A stretch of 64,000 nucleotides of DNA, taken from Takakia lepidozioides (taxonomy: Eukaryota; Plantae; Bryophyta). The stretch spans positions 8,432,001 to 8,496,000 of the forward strand of contig CM060732.1 in assembly GCA_030704615.1 (NCBI GenBank), in the 5' to 3' direction. The position numbers and the translations under genes were made by a program. Below the pieces are notes generated by a model that saw only the letters and a list, made by a program, of their open reading frames with translations, had not been told where the DNA came from and ran no database searches. Positions 1 through 13,481 of the stretch are shown in pieces (within the stretch, counting starts at the first letter, position 1; each line of letters begins with the position of its first letter).

Positions 1-886
1 CCATCTGTCAGTGGTCTTCACCTTCCAAGAATTTCAACTCGACGCGGGTCTTTTTTTTATCAAACCCACCCTGCCATGGCTGGCTTATAAATTCTTTTAA
101 GTCTCTTTCTTGGAGCTCGTGTCGCACAATATAGAGATTAGATCATACGAAGAGAATATTTTGATCGACTGATGTGTGAGGATCTAACGGTTGAAGACTA
201 AGTATGCCCTTTGCCAAATTCGCACAAGTCCTAGGACATATATTGCGTGCAGCAGAGCGCTGATGAAGGATTTGGAGAGCTATGAACAGGTGGTGCAGGA
301 AGGGATGAAGACCAAATCGTTTTCCATGTATAGAGGAGTCCGCTCTTGCTTTTTTTTCTTGCATCAAGGTTTCAAATACGGAGATAGGGTTATCATGGAT
401 GATGTGTGCCTCTTCCTGAAGAGGGTTTTACAAGAGGTTGGTTTTTCCATGAGTAGTGAGCGGTGAACAAAGGAATATTTGGAGGAGTATTCCTTACAAA
501 AAAAGAAAATTATTCACAAACGAACCTGTGCCGAAATAAAACCCAAAGCTACATAGCGGGCTCGGACCACTACCAAGCCTACATCAGTGTTCAGCGACGA
601 ACGGTGCGGGCACTTATGTTTCAAGAAAAATAATAAAAATAATAAAAAACCCTTTTGCACGTGTTAGGTCGAGTTTGGCCGAACCTTAACCCTTTTAGGC
701 GTTTCAAGTTTGTGGTTATTTGCACTGTAAAAAGTACCTAATGTAGTTATCCAATAAAAATCTCATTTTTTTTCAGGTCAATGTCATCGATGTGTTTTAC
801 ATCTACAATATCAACCAACTTTCAAAATCTCAAGACAGAGCCGAAAGCCCTGGCCTTATTCGGGTCTAATCTCTGGGCAAAAGAGC

Positions 887-912
887 AGAGAGAGAGAGAG
901 AGAGAGAGAGAG
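887..912. repeat. (AG)n microsatellite
   Basis: Uninterrupted AG dinucleotide run just upstream of the ATG at 946. Confidence 0.95.
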
Positions 913-945
913 GGGTGAGGAAGATGTGGAGACAAGGAAAGCAGA

Positions 946-1050
946 ATGTTGAAATTGAAAGGGTCACAAGCAAATGTGGTGGTGTTCACTGTCTGTTTGA
1001 GTCTAATTTTGGCATCCTTGGGTTTTGTTGCGACAGTGAAGCGTACCAAG
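946..1050 (+). pseudogene. Possible orphan first exon of a DUF1218/MWL-like membrane protein
   Basis: 35 codons MLKLKGSQANVVVFTVCLSLILASLGFVATVKRTK: a hydrophobic helix plus an LGFVAxxKRxK-like motif, ending at an AAG|GTAGGA donor, with a GA-rich leader. No downstream exons recognised. Confidence 0.3.
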
Positions 1051-1535
1051 GTAGGATTGTACTTAACCTCCTCTCGCTGTGTTTGGGAGTTGTTCATTGC
1101 AACCCCTTCTGCTCCATCACCCACATTTGTCTGGAAAGTTGTTACATTAGATGGGCATCCAGCAAAGAGGACCTATTGTAATTTGTGGGCCCAATGCTGG
1201 TGAGATTCATTCTCGTTATTGTTTTGATGAGGTTGTTCAAGCAGCCAACACCCTGCAATCATTCTCATTGTTGCATCGTACACCAATCGGCTTGGATTCA
1301 CTCCCAATTGTCCATCACTCACCTTGTATTTAAGCAATTCCATTAACATTTGCTTTCAGGATTGAGGGTCTAATGTTGGTCCAGTCTGTTAGACTACCCA
1401 CAGGATCTGTCTTTTGGTATGTAGCAACCCAAGGCTCGATGGATGTAGCATGCAAGGTATGAAAGTAAAGTTTGGGCCCAGTCAAGCAATGGCATGGATG
1501 CCCTTAATATTAGTCCATCCATGCAAAGATTGATA

Positions 1536-1665
1536 TTTGCTGAAAAACTAGCTGAAACATTAAAATACTTGCTGAAAAACTGGCTGAATTATAGAAATAC
1601 TTGCTGAAAAACTGGCTGAAATATTGAAATACTTGCTAAAATTCTTGATTGAAATACTGAAACAC
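1536..1665. repeat. Short degenerate tandem repeat, ~29-31 bp unit (ATACTTGCTGAAAAACTGGCTGAA core)
   Basis: About 4 copies visible directly. Confidence 0.75.
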
Positions 1666-2348
1666 TGAAATTTTGATGTACTGAAATTATGTAGGCATTT
1701 GAATATGCTGTGATTTAAAGTCTGTACCCTATATCTAACCAACAAAACCACAACACTCCAATAGTTGATCTTACCAGCTATTCTTCTTAGAGATTGCATT
1801 GCCCCCAAAGCTAAAAGTGAAATCAAATGGACGAGACAATGATGAATCAATTATCTTCTCTATTGGTCTGGACTTATCCTCCTCTGATTCGTCTACCAAT
1901 ACAAGTCTTGTGCAGAAATTTTTAGTTAAGTTTTATTCTTAAGACTTTTTAGTGTATTATCGGCTGATATACTTTGTAATACCATCTATACAATCGTGAT
2001 AGGACGGTTCTTGATACTTTGTAATGTTGGATGACTTGATTCTATTCGATATCGAATGATAGTAAGATGAAATCTTTGGAAGAATATAAGGAGTTAGAAG
2101 CGGTTACAATAGTTGTTGGGCAATTATGCTATAAATGAGCATCTGTGGAATTAATCGATGTCAGTTGAGCCAAAGAGCCGCGGCCATATAGAGAGAGACA
2201 GTGTGTGTGTGTGGGAGTATGTCAACGTATAGTATAGAAGTAGAACGATAGATTTATTCCTCGATGGTAGTTTAATTCTTCAATTCGGTATTTGACATTG
2301 AAGAAGAAAAGGAGGAAAAGAAAAAGAAGTTGATTCTGTATTCTCTGA

Positions 2349-2651
2349 TTGAAGGACAATAAAAATGTGGAATGTTTTATGAATGAAGTGTTGAGGTGCA
2401 ATGATCTATTTGAAATAGTGAGAATATGTATTGATGATGAAAATGATAATATTACTCAGGAATTAATTGCTGGCCTGCCAAATGATATATCAATTGGGAT
2501 ATTCAAGAAGCTATATTGCAGTGATGTAGAGATATTAAAGCTACAGCTTGTAAGTAAGGGCTGGTATAAAGAATTATCGACTTTATATAAAGAGTGCTAT
2601 TGGAGACATAACTGGTATGGTATCGTCCCTTTGATGGATACCCAGAATTAA
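2349..2651 (+). pseudogene. F-box-like fragment
   Basis: LIAGLPNDISIGIFKKL...LQLVSKGW resembles the F-box of plant F-box/kelch proteins. AT-rich and truncated by the adjoining gypsy gag. Confidence 0.35.
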
Positions 2652-2699
2652 TGGAGGAGTGGAACAATAACTTTGAGTCTGGGAGATCTTTAATTGAGT

Positions 2700-4840
2700 T
2701 GGATGGAGATGAAGGGTTGAAACTTAGGGTTACTTCATTTACTTCCAAATTGTTTGGCTGTCTCTTAACCAATGAAGATTGCAGTGAAGATCGACAATGA
2801 GGGGCAATCGTCAACAATTGCCTTAAAGAAATCGTGGGTTGCAAAGAATCCAAGTCTTTAAATAAGATGTCGTAATGCACCAACCCTTGGGCCATCGCCA
2901 TCACCCGCTTCCTACGTGAGGTCTTGATATAACCCGGCTTCACTCCTCTAGATACTGGACTAGCATACTTCTCTCTATCTCTTCCCTTTGTTGGCTCCAG
3001 AATCGGAGTGGGTATATTGACCACTATCTCGGGTTTAGGTTCAATAGGCTCGATGATAGATGTGGATGGATGAACTACCAAACGGGGCGATATCGCGGGT
3101 GGTATTGGATCAACATCGGGAATGACCGGCAATGATACTGGACTGATATCGACCGTCTTGGGATTGGTCTCCTCCACGATAGGGTCCATAGGATGCAGCT
3201 TGCGATTTCTCGTCGTTACAGCTTTAACCATTGGATAGTCCATATCGGATGAAATAAGTCGAGAAACCGATTGTCCAAAAGACATCTCCTCATCTTCCAT
3301 TTTGGACTTCCCCTTCAGCTTAGTCCTCATGACCGTACTATCGGTTCGCTGGTTATTAGACTTCGGCCTTCTTTTCCTCTTAGAGGCCAACTATACGGAG
3401 AGCTCCTCCATCCGCTTAGTCAATGCAGCAATCTGTCCTTCCTGTGGATCGATTATCACACCAGCTGGTAACTGATTCTGCAAAGAAGTAGGGGCATACA
3501 TTCCCACAGTACTTTGAATTTGAGATGGAGCTGTGGCTGATGGCATCACCGATACAGAAGCTTGGGGAGTCCGAGTATTAGTGTCAAACATAGACGTGGG
3601 TGTAATCGTATAAGTGGTGACATTGATGGTTTCCCACAATTTAGCTCGATTGAGAGCTACTTGAAGATTTGCAGGTGTAACTTCTTTCACAAACCGCTTC
3701 AGCTCTTGTGGCATCAACCCTTCCACAAAAGACCCATCTGCATATGATCGGGAATATTGTGGTTATTCCATCGCCGAAGGATATCCTGCAATCGTCCCGC
3801 AAAAGAGTCTACCGATTCACCTTCCACCATGTGAAATTTAGTCAATTGTTTCCGCAATCGATTGGTAAAACCCAGAGGCCGAAATTGAGTTAAAAAGGCC
3901 GTCTTTAGGGTCATCCAATCGGTGAATATGCCATGAGGCTGACGGCCATACCATTGAAAAGCCAATTCACGCAACGTGGCAGGGAACATCTGCCGCCACC
4001 AGTCTTTTGTTCTGGCATTATTAGCAATACAAGCCGTCATAAATTGAGCAAGATGGCGATCATGATCGGATCCCTGAAGACCCGTAAATTGTGGCATGGG
4101 CGATACATTAACCGGCCTATCAGTCGCCGCCCCCAAGTTGACGACGATCGGAATTGACTGTAGATTCTGAGGAATCTGCCCAGCCATTGGTAATGGTACG
4201 ATAGGCAACGATACATGGCCGCGATAGGGGGTGCCGATGCTGCAGTTAGCTAAGCCGCTACCAATGCAGCATGGCGTGCTGCTCTCACCGCTGCTCGATC
4301 AGCCCTTGCCTTAGCTTGATGCGCCTTCCTCACGGGGGACTCCCTCGTTCCCCATACCCCTTTCTTCTTTAATGAAACCACGATGCACCCTCCTTGCTTA
4401 CATGCGATACGCAATTCAAGTATCGTCGATCGACTTTTCAGTTCAGGTGATAGTCGTATCGCCTCCTTCCCGTGTATTGCAAGGGCTAGCATCTCCATTC
4501 TCACTCGAGCTTCAACTAGAGGATTCAATTTCTTATCCCTCTCTTTCCCACTCCAAAAGCATTCCGGGATCTGTTCCCTCTTATGATGATTTCGCGGCTG
4601 ACAAAAAGGACAAAGTTTAACGCTAGGTGGTGGCACCTTCCTGTCACGATTGTCTTTGCCTATCATCTCTTCTTTCTTGTATTTCCCCGTCACCAAAACA
4701 TTAATATGTAAACTTAATCAGAACCATGAAAAAGATGCTAATGTGAGTGTTTTCAACTTGATCAAAGTGATCATATGTGAAGTACTCATAACGTCACTAT
4801 TTCACACCGCATCGTCTTTCCCCAGCAGCGTCGCCAAAAA
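2700..4840 (-). mobile_element. gag: Ty3/gypsy gag region (decayed) with primer-binding site
   Basis: Retrotrans_gag-like ORFs 3714-4208 (FPATLRELAFQWY...WMTLKTAFL), 3391-3726 and 2503-3390 (ISLRQLLTIAPHCR). Minus-strand TGGCGACGCTGCTGGGGA at 4819-4836 resembles Athila/Tat-type PBSs. Confidence 0.8.
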
Positions 4841-4869
4841 ACTATAATGAATTCTAAAGGAAGAATTAA

Positions 4870-6455
4870 TCAGTTCAGTTAATCTTATGAGCTCCGATAC
4901 AATGGAAGAATTTGGGCTGGGTCCACTGCAATCTATGCAATTGATTCTAAGAACGGCTGATCAGAGCCGAGTTAAGCCAATGGGTGTCTTGGTTGTTGTA
5001 CCCACGACTATTGCCGATTTGGAGTATCGTATTGACTACATCGTCTTTCGATTGAATGTCTCGGCTTATACTTATCCTATTTTGTTGGGACGACCATGGT
5101 TATACCAAGCTAAGGCTAAAAATGATTGGGGGAAAGAGACCTTGACCTTGGGGAAAGGAACTTGAATAAAATTACTCTACAGATGTATCCAGTTGCATAC
5201 TATGGGGAGACGCAGGAGGTAGAGTTGAGTTTACATCTGAAGGAGAAGGTTGGACCAGTGAGGCAGACATCGACACTCCAATGCTTCTAATATCGCCTAA
5301 GCATACGCATAGTCAGTGGATCTTCCAATGCGCGGGTCTAGGTGAATATCCATGGCATGGTGATTTTGATGACGATTCTGACGATGCAATTCTTCGATGG
5401 GAAGGAGCTCGCCCTTCTTCTATGGTGCAGCATGAATCTGAATGGGAGTCGGCGGCCATATCGGAGGACATTGATTGGTATAACTCTACTGACAATAACC
5501 GTGCACCATCAATAAAGAAAGATCCATACCAGTTGTTGAATTTAGGCACTCCAAGTGAACCCAATGAGATCGTTATCTCTGCAAAGATTCCTGCAAATGA
5601 ATTGTCTATGTGGAAGGAGTTCTAAGCAAAATCGAACTACCTTTGCCTAGAATTATACAGATCTCCGCGGTGTTCCGCCAAAGATTTGTCAGCATTGCAT
5701 TGTCCTAGAGGAGGGGGCAATTCCAGTGTGACAGCGCCAGCATCGATTGAATCCCAAGTACTCTTTATTGGTGAAAGAAGAGTTGGATAAGTTGCTGGCA
5801 GCCGATTTCATTTACCCTATTCCTTATAGCGATTGGGTGTCACTGATAGTGGTTGTCCATAAGAAGCAATCGGGTAAAGTGCGGATCTGTCAGGATTTTC
5901 GGAAACTTAATGCGGTTACTAGGAAATATTATTTTCCATTGTCTTTTATCGATACTATCCTGGATGCAGTTGTTGGTCATAAGTGCTATTCCTTCCTCAT
6001 GGATTTTCAGGCTACAATCAAATCACAATTGCGGAGGAGGATCGTGCTAAGACTACTTTTACCACCGATTGGGGCACGTATACCTATAAGGTTATGCCAT
6101 TTGGGCTATGTAATGCATTTGTCACTTTTCAACGGGTGATGACTGCAGCCTTTCAAGATTATTTGCGGTTGTTCATGGAGATTTTCCTAGACGATTTTTG
6201 TGTTTACAGTGATAAAGCCACTCATGCAGAGCTCATGCAGAGATGTTGGAGTTGTGCTTCCAAAAATGTCAGGATTATGGAATCTCATTGAATGCAGGGA
6301 AGTGTCAATTCTTGGTCACTAAGGGGAAGCTCTTGGGCCATATCGTGTCTATCTGAGGAATATCGACTGATCCTACCAAGGTCAAAATCATTGTTCAATT
6401 ACCTACTCCCACGACTGTGACTGAGATACGAGCATTTTGGAGGCATGTGGGGCAC
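4870..6455 (+). mobile_element. pol: Ty3/gypsy pol fragment (protease C-part, RT), frameshifted
   Basis: YPILLGRPWL (protease); RICQDFRKLN, FSGYNQI, VMPFGLCNA and FLDDF (RT). Truncated at about 6455 by a LINE. Confidence 0.9.
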
Positions 6456-6459
6456 ACAA

Positions 6460-9400
6460 TAATGCCCAAGCCTTCTAATTAGCTGCAATAGTAAGATCAA
6501 GAAAAACCACAGTGAGGAGAGCAGTGGAGGAGGTATTCTCGTTGTTGATGGCCCAAGCACTTTGGCTCTTCCATATGTTCCATAGAGTGGAACTCCTAAG
6601 AGTCTCAAAGACCGGGCAGTCAAAAGCCTTCATTTTACTCCTCTGGTTATAGTTGAGGAGGATAATGACATAGCGTCCCAGGTGTTGTAGAAACTTTGGG
6701 CTAGAGGCCAGATCGCTCGAGCGGCCAAACAATGAAGGAGGCAATGTTCCATGGATTCAATTGTGCCAATTGAGCAGCACAGGCACAAGAGGGCTTCCCT
6801 GAAGTTCAGAAACTGGCCAACCTTTAGAACTCTATTGGCCACCTGCCATAGAAATGCACTGATCTTAACTGGCTTTGCTTTTTCCCATACCTGCAATGAC
6901 CAGATGTCTTTCTAGTTTTCATCTCTAAAGTTCTCATGCCCCCATTCGTCGTTCCATTTTGCGTAGAGCGGTTTGGAATCCAACAAAGCCCTGTAGCCCT
7001 GGAGGAGAAGAATGGGTGGATGTCATTGCCAAAGGCCCAACTCCATTCTGCAGGGTCCAGTTGTAAGGAATCGATGCTGGTGCCCCCACGGCGCGCGCCC
7101 AGAGCGAGCTGAAGCAAAGGCGGGGTGCTTTCCCAGAGGTGCTTGACGGTAGAGAAACCTCTAATCTCCCATCCTGCCCATCTTTTGGCAGAAGTCTTTT
7201 CCTTCGGTATGGGCTTGGCGAATTTAGGAACAGGTGCTGCCTCAAGGATTCATGGAGATTGGCAGGCTCTTGTTTCCTTAGAAAGGGTCTGAAGCAATTC
7301 CATGCCTTCCAGATGGAGGACCAGAGAGGAGAACCCATAGATTTATGATTGAAGCCTTGAACTATCCATCGACAGGAAGCCTGCCATATAGTGCTTTGCA
7401 TGGGGGAGGAAGCCAGGATATTGGGGGCAACCATCAGCTTCCACCATCCCCCTTCGGGCCCTAAGTATCTAGGAAGCCACTTACCTAGCAAAGCTTTAAT
7501 CTGGGTTTCAGGATCCAGGACTCCTAGGCCCCCGGACTTCTTGGGGAGGCAAATCTGATACCAGGAGACCTGAGGTCTCTTGTTCTGAGTGGTTGAGGTT
7601 GCACCCCAGATGAAGTTCCTAATGTAGCATTTAATTTCCATTAGAGTCCTTGGATCGGGAGCCCAGGTGGAAGCAAAGTACCAGAGGCCTGCCAAGAGGA
7701 TCTGGTTTGCTACCAGAGCTCTCCTTGTGATAGAGAGATGGCAAGAGCCCCAATAAACCAGATGCGTTTTGAGCCTTTTAATTGTTGGACCATTCTTTGA
7801 TCCTCAGTCAGGTTAATGCCAAAAGTATGCCAAGAGTGGTAGGCTCGCCTTCTTTAAGCCAAACCAAACCCAAGTGTCCCCCCCATGCGGGGGCAACCCC
7901 TATGGATGATATTGTTGGATCTCCAACCAAGAAGGCCTTAGTTCTAGACCAATTAACTTTGAAACCTGAGACCTTGCAGAAGCCCAGGAGAGTGGCTTCT
8001 GCTGCCAGGGTTGAGGGATCCGCTTGAAGCAGGAGAAAGGTGTCGTCAACGAACATGGAGTCCTTGACTTGTCTCCAGAGCTGGGTCTTAGGATTGTTCA
8101 ACCTTAATCCGTTAACAAGCATATTGTCATCGAGTATGTAGCCTAGCGCGTCAGCGACAAAGAGGAACAAGAAGGGAGCAAGGGGACATCCTTGCCTAAC
8201 CGACCACTACAGCTAAAAAGGCTTTGAAATGTGTCCATTGATAGTGACTCTGCTCGCAGCTCCTTCAAGGAGAATGTGAACCCATTGACAAAAGCTGTCA
8301 GGGAGACCTGCTTTTCTGAGGACTGCCATTAGGAACGACCAGTCTACCCTATCGAAGGCTTTCTCAAAATCTAGGAGCCATAGGGTTGGAGCTTGATTGG
8401 AACTGGCAACGTAGGAGGAGGCTTCTTGCGCCAAGAGTACGTTATCTAAGATGTATCGGCCCTTAATGAACCTGCCTGACCGGTACGGATCATTGAGGGG
8501 AGCAAGGGTTGGATGCGAAGGGCAAGAGCCTTGGCGATAATCTTGTAAGCGACATTAAGTAGGATAATTGGCCTGTAATTGCCAATGCAGGCTCTATCTC
8601 CTTTTTTGAAAAGCAAGGTAATGACCCCCTCTGACATGGCCTCTGGCATGTGACCTCTTGACTTAATCGCATTGGCCATTTTGCAGATGTCCTCGGAGAC
8701 AACTTGACACAAGGCTTTGAAGAATTATGCTGGCATTCCATCCATCCCCGGAGCCTTGCCACTCTTCATGAAGCGGAGAGCATCCTCGAGCTCTTGAGCT
8801 ATAAAGTCTGCTCCAAGAGCCAGTAAGTCCCCTGGCTGCAGAGTCTGAGGGATGGTCCGAAGGCAATCCTTAAGATTGACTTGGTAATGAGGGTCCCTAG
8901 GGTCAGCCTTGAACAAGGATGTGAAGTGGTTGAATGCAGAAGTACACATATCTCGAGGGTTGGAGGATTTTGACCCGTCAGAGCCAGTATAGAGCTCAAA
9001 GATGGCCTGAAGGGCTGTGCGTTGCTTCATTTTCTAGAAAAAGTACTTTGATATTTTTTCACCTTTGGTTGACCAGTTGATGTCCGCTTGCATCTTAGTT
9101 TTGTTTTCCTGGAGAAGATGGTAGTTATCCAAGTTTAGGCGAGCCTCTAGATAGGTCTGAAAGGTGTGGTCATCGCAGGTCCCAATCTGGAATTATGTAA
9201 AATTGCCTTCGTACTACTAGTTTGTTCTGAAGGCTGGTGTTGGAAGGGCCTCTATCTCTTTTGACAAATACTCAGGCGTTTCTTGAGGGCCTTGGCTTTT
9301 CTTTTCTGAGCTGCGGTTATTTCTCTACTAAGGTTTTGGCTTTCCTTGCAGGCTGCCTATAGCTTGGTTAAGAACTTGGAGATAGGGCAATTGTGAAGAT

Positions 9401-11130
9401 TGCCCGAGTCCAGCCAGGCCTTTTTAAGGCCTTCTACAAAGAGGGGATTCTAAGGTGAGAAGATTTCAGCTTATAGATCCCCCTACTCCTTGGGTCGGAG
9501 TTGGGCAGATTTATGGAGGCGGAGATGATGGCGTGATCAAATCCTTGCGGAATCGGTTCTTGTGGGCAAGAGGAGATTGCCGGAAAAAGGGAGAGAGAAG
9601 TGTAAAAGTGGTCTAGCCTAGCCATGCAGAGGTCATTAATCCCCCTATTGTTTGTCCAGGTAAAGAAGGGGTTGGTGCCAGAGGGGTTGAAGGGTGGTCT
9701 ATCAATTTCTACCAAGCTGTGGGATTGCGTGAGACATCGCTAGGACTGGTCCTCATCAGGGTTAAGGTGGTGTAAACCTGGCCCTTTTCTGTCTTGGACA
9801 TTTTCGACCATGTTAAAGTCTCCTGCCACTATCCAGCGTTGTATCGAAGATTGATTGCTCGTTAGGTGATTTATTTTATCCCATAGGGCAGTTCTGTCTG
9901 ATGCCTCGTTGGGGGCATAGATGTTGACAAAGCCTATTGGGTCAGAATCGTTGGGGAATAGGAGGGAGCAGAATTGAACTCTGCCTATTTCCCAAACCTT
10001 GTCCTTAATGAGAAATTGGTTTAATGAGGGGAAGAGGAGGATGGCAGTTCCTCCTCTGGTGCCGTCGCGGGAGGGTTTCCAGAGAGCAGAGGTTTTAGGC
10101 CACAATTGGTTGGTTAGGTTGTGAATTTTCCTTTCGCCTAGCTTATGTTCTTGGAGGAAAACAATTGCCTGCAAAGGGATGAGAGGGGCAAGCCAGGCCG
10201 ATAGCTTGATTTTTTAAGCGCCATCTGGTCTGACCCTATGCCCCTGATATTCCAGGACGAGAAACTAACCTGCATTTTGGGAAGGTGACAGGCTGAGAGG
10301 GTGGTTCTCAATTGATTACCTGAACGGGAAGTATCAAAATTTGGGGCTTGTCGGAGGGGAGGAAGGAAGGGGACCAAGAATGGCCGTGTGGTGCAAATGA
10401 GATTGGATTCATGAGCTCGACAGTAAGGACCAAAGTGTAAGGCTGGTGAGACTGAGGAGCCCCCTTGCTGAGCAGAGGTATGAACCTATGACATGGATGT
10501 AGTGAAGAGCGAATAGCTAGTGGTTTGGAAGAAAATTGCAAAAGGAAATTTGAGAGCAGGATTAGCCTGAGAGGGTTAGGGGATCCGGGGGGGTAATGAG
10601 ACATGGTAAATTTTCCAAGAGATGGCGAGAAGGTGATTGAAGGGAGGATCTTCCAAGAAGAGGGAAACAAAGAAGGAGGGGAAAGACAAAGAATCTTGCA
10701 TTTGCAACGATTGTTAGAATTGGGAGAGAAGATAAGAACAGGAATGGACTAGGAGGGGAGGAAGGGACTGACAGGGATGCTTGGGGAGGTAGGTGGCGCT
10801 GGAGTTGGGGAGGGCAGCTCGGCTTGCATGGAGAGAGGATGAAAGGGCTGCAACGGCTGCTGGGAGGAAACAGGTGCCTGCTGGGAGAAGAACTGGGAGA
10901 GCTGCAGCTCTGATGAGCTTCAGGTGGACATTGAGTCTTTTGGGTTGTAGGATGGATCCAGTATCTCGGCAATGCATTGCCATTCTATGGCCTCATTTTC
11001 CGAATCCATCTCAGTCTCCAGAATTGCATGCAAGATAGTGAATGCATTGTGGATGGTGTCCCTTGTCCTTGAGAGAATTCTGGTGGAATTGTAGGGTTCG
11101 TCAAAGTGATCCGACTCTGCCCATACTCCA
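6460..11130 (-). mobile_element. L1-clade LINE, decayed (ORF1 remnant, APE endonuclease, RT, zf-RVT)
   Basis: SWNIRG, FLQEHK, NIYAPN and GDFN (EN); KAPGMDG, NYRPI, LDFEKAFDRVDW, RQGCPLAP and FVDD (RT); CLCC...ESMEHCLLHC (zf-RVT). Many stops and frameshifts. Confidence 0.92.
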
Positions 11131-11136
11131 GGAAGC

Positions 11137-11461
11137 TGTCAAGTTATTTTACCACTAGTGTGAAGTTAGCTAGGAAATAGCTAGCTTTATATTGACATTT
11201 GGGATTGACCCAAGTATCAATCCAGGGGCCAATATATGTTTGGGTACCTGGCGTGGTTATCTTCACGGCAGATCGCGGTAGGCTCATCTTTCTCGAGTTG
11301 AGCCTCACCGCGTCTAGCTATGGCGCCATAGTGTGGATTCTCCATGGCAAGGGGTGCACTTGGCTCGACTTGTATTTGAGTGATGATTCTATATATGCAT
11401 GAGTTTATGCTTCAGCTTTGTGAGCTCGCATGAGCTTGTGTGTATTCTTCTTTGTTTATCA
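11137..11461 (+). repeat. Isolated 'B' module (TGTCAAG...TTATCA) of the gypsy terminal repeat
   Basis: Near-identical to 27254-27578 and related to the reverse complement of 13668-13984. No TSD seen. Confidence 0.85.
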
Positions 11462-11469
11462 CTCGAGAA

Positions 11470-13310
11470 AGATCACCTCGAGTCTGAGAGTGCCAGGTTC
11501 GAGTTAGTTATAGCACTTGTGATCATGAGAAGCGGTTCAGCCTAGAGTGCAGGGATCCGTGCATGAGCCTATCCAAAGCGGATAGGGTGCAAAGGCGAAC
11601 AGGTGTTACAGGTTGGAGATGATATGATCGACTCCAGGTATTTCTGCCCAAAACTAGTTGTTGTGGGTAGATGAGGAGCAGCCGAATAGAGGAGCTGCGA
11701 GGATGCTACATGCGGGTCGCAACCTATTGGAGCTTCAGCTCCAAGCTCATGAAGAGGTATGCGTGAAGAGAGGGCTGGTCCGTCTTGTGTGAAAATCAGT
11801 GCTTTGTGGAGCATGTTGAATTGGGAAATTCAATCTGAAACCCCAGCAGTGTAGGAGCTCTTGGAGTGGCAAGAGCGAGGCTGGAAGGGAAGCAGTGAGG
11901 CGCCCTGGAGCCAGGGGATATGCATGAGAAGTGCAGGTGCGCCAAGTTTGTAAAGGTGTGTACTTTCAGATTCGTTTTTGTGAGCTTCATGAAGAAATGG
12001 AGCTTGTTGGGCAGCATATTGCTTGCTTGTTGAGTTTGGGGTGCCTCTGGTGGGCCGTGAGAACCCATGAGCAGATCTGGTGGCTCCGCAGAAGCCATAG
12101 CTCGTCGACAGCAGGTGCAGAAGCAAACCCCAGCTTGGGGAGAGTTCGGGAACGTCCGGGAACGCGTGGAGTCGCCCGAGAACATGTGGGAACTCGTGGT
12201 GAGTACCTGGGAATGCAGGGGAACCGTGGTCGTGGCCGTGATGGGCCGTGGGGCCGGTATCACGAGAAACCATGAGCCCAACTGTGGCTGTTGACCGAGG
12301 CCGTTGACCGTGACCGTGGGGAGTTGTGGCACGGACACCACGGGAGGGCACGTTGACCGGCTCGTGGGAATGGCGGGCCGTGGTCGGAGGCCGTAAGGGA
12401 TCGTGGCCGTGATACCCCATCACGGGGTATCACGGGGCAGCCCGTGGCCAGCGAGCGCCTAGGACGGGCCGTGAGAAGTCGTGGCGTTGAGGGCCACGGA
12501 AGGCCACGGACAGACAGAGTGAAGGAAAAAAAAAAAAAAAAAAAAAAAAAACACTCGTGTCATGGGACCTTGATGGGGAGGCTGGGCTCTGAAAAACAAC
12601 AGTTTTGAGCTAGTCGATCTGGCAAAAAAGTCAGAATTGCCTCCCTGTTGTGTTTTAACAAAGGGGGTTACCTCCCTGCAGGTAATCTTTTGGGGTTTTC
12701 AGTACCAGTTCTTAAGTATGGGGGAGACCAGCCTGCAGGTAATTCCTTTGGACAGAATGTTGTTGGGGCCTATATGTACCTCCATTTGCTCCATTTTTTA
12801 ACCTTCAGCGAATGGCGTGGTTTCCTGAGGTGGTTCCATTCTGAGGAATGGCTGGTGGACATAAGGAGGCACTGGCGGACCCTGTGGAGGCTTGCATGGG
12901 GCCTTGGAGGCCAAGTTTCATAAGCTCGTGGAGGGCGTTTGAGGAGTGTCTACCGGATGTTTCTCATGGTCATGCAAGTGAGAGAAGAGAGGAAAAAAAA
13001 AGTGTTGGGATGAGGGCATGTTGGGGATAGGCATTGCTTTAGCTTCCCTTCCTCGTAGCTTTCCATCTTCTCTGTAGGTTGAGACCTTTCCGTAGGTGGA
13101 GGCAAGAGTCAGTCCGGGTTTGGGCTGGGGTGTCCTTGCAAGAGCGACACTGTGGAGTTGTTTTTGGTATGGGGGAGTTGTTGTTTTCATTCTTGTGTTT
13201 GGATCACCTCCACACCTGCATGCTTGATTGTGTGCCATGTTAGCTTTGTGTGGGCGCTTGTTTTTATAGGTGGTTGACTCGGGCTTGATCGCCGATCCAA
13301 CCCAAGATCA
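11470..13310. mobile_element. Unassigned LTR-like remnants
   Basis: GC-rich CCGTG/CACGG-repeat block (12200-12510), an A-run (about 12526-12551) and a segment TGTCATGGG...CCCAAGATCA (12558-13310) with TG..CA ends but no TSD. Confidence 0.3.
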
Positions 13311-13481
13311 TGCTGTCGCTGGTGAGAGGCTGGATTGATGACCAGTCAGACAATCTTTGTTTCTCCTGTGGTGAGGTTGGAGGTGATGACCAGCCAACCA
13401 TAGGAGTGCATGCGGTGGATGCAGGTGCAGGTGCAGGCTATATTAGGGACCTAGTATTCCAAACCATAAGCCGCAACAGGT

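Noticed and set aside
1-470. ORFs 143-367 and 191-466 as genes
   Set aside because: No recognisable motifs; probably decayed TE or intergenic sequence.
11796-12423. Overlapping 181-197 aa ORFs
   Set aside because: They arise from GC-rich CCGTG/CACGG repeats and have no domain signature.
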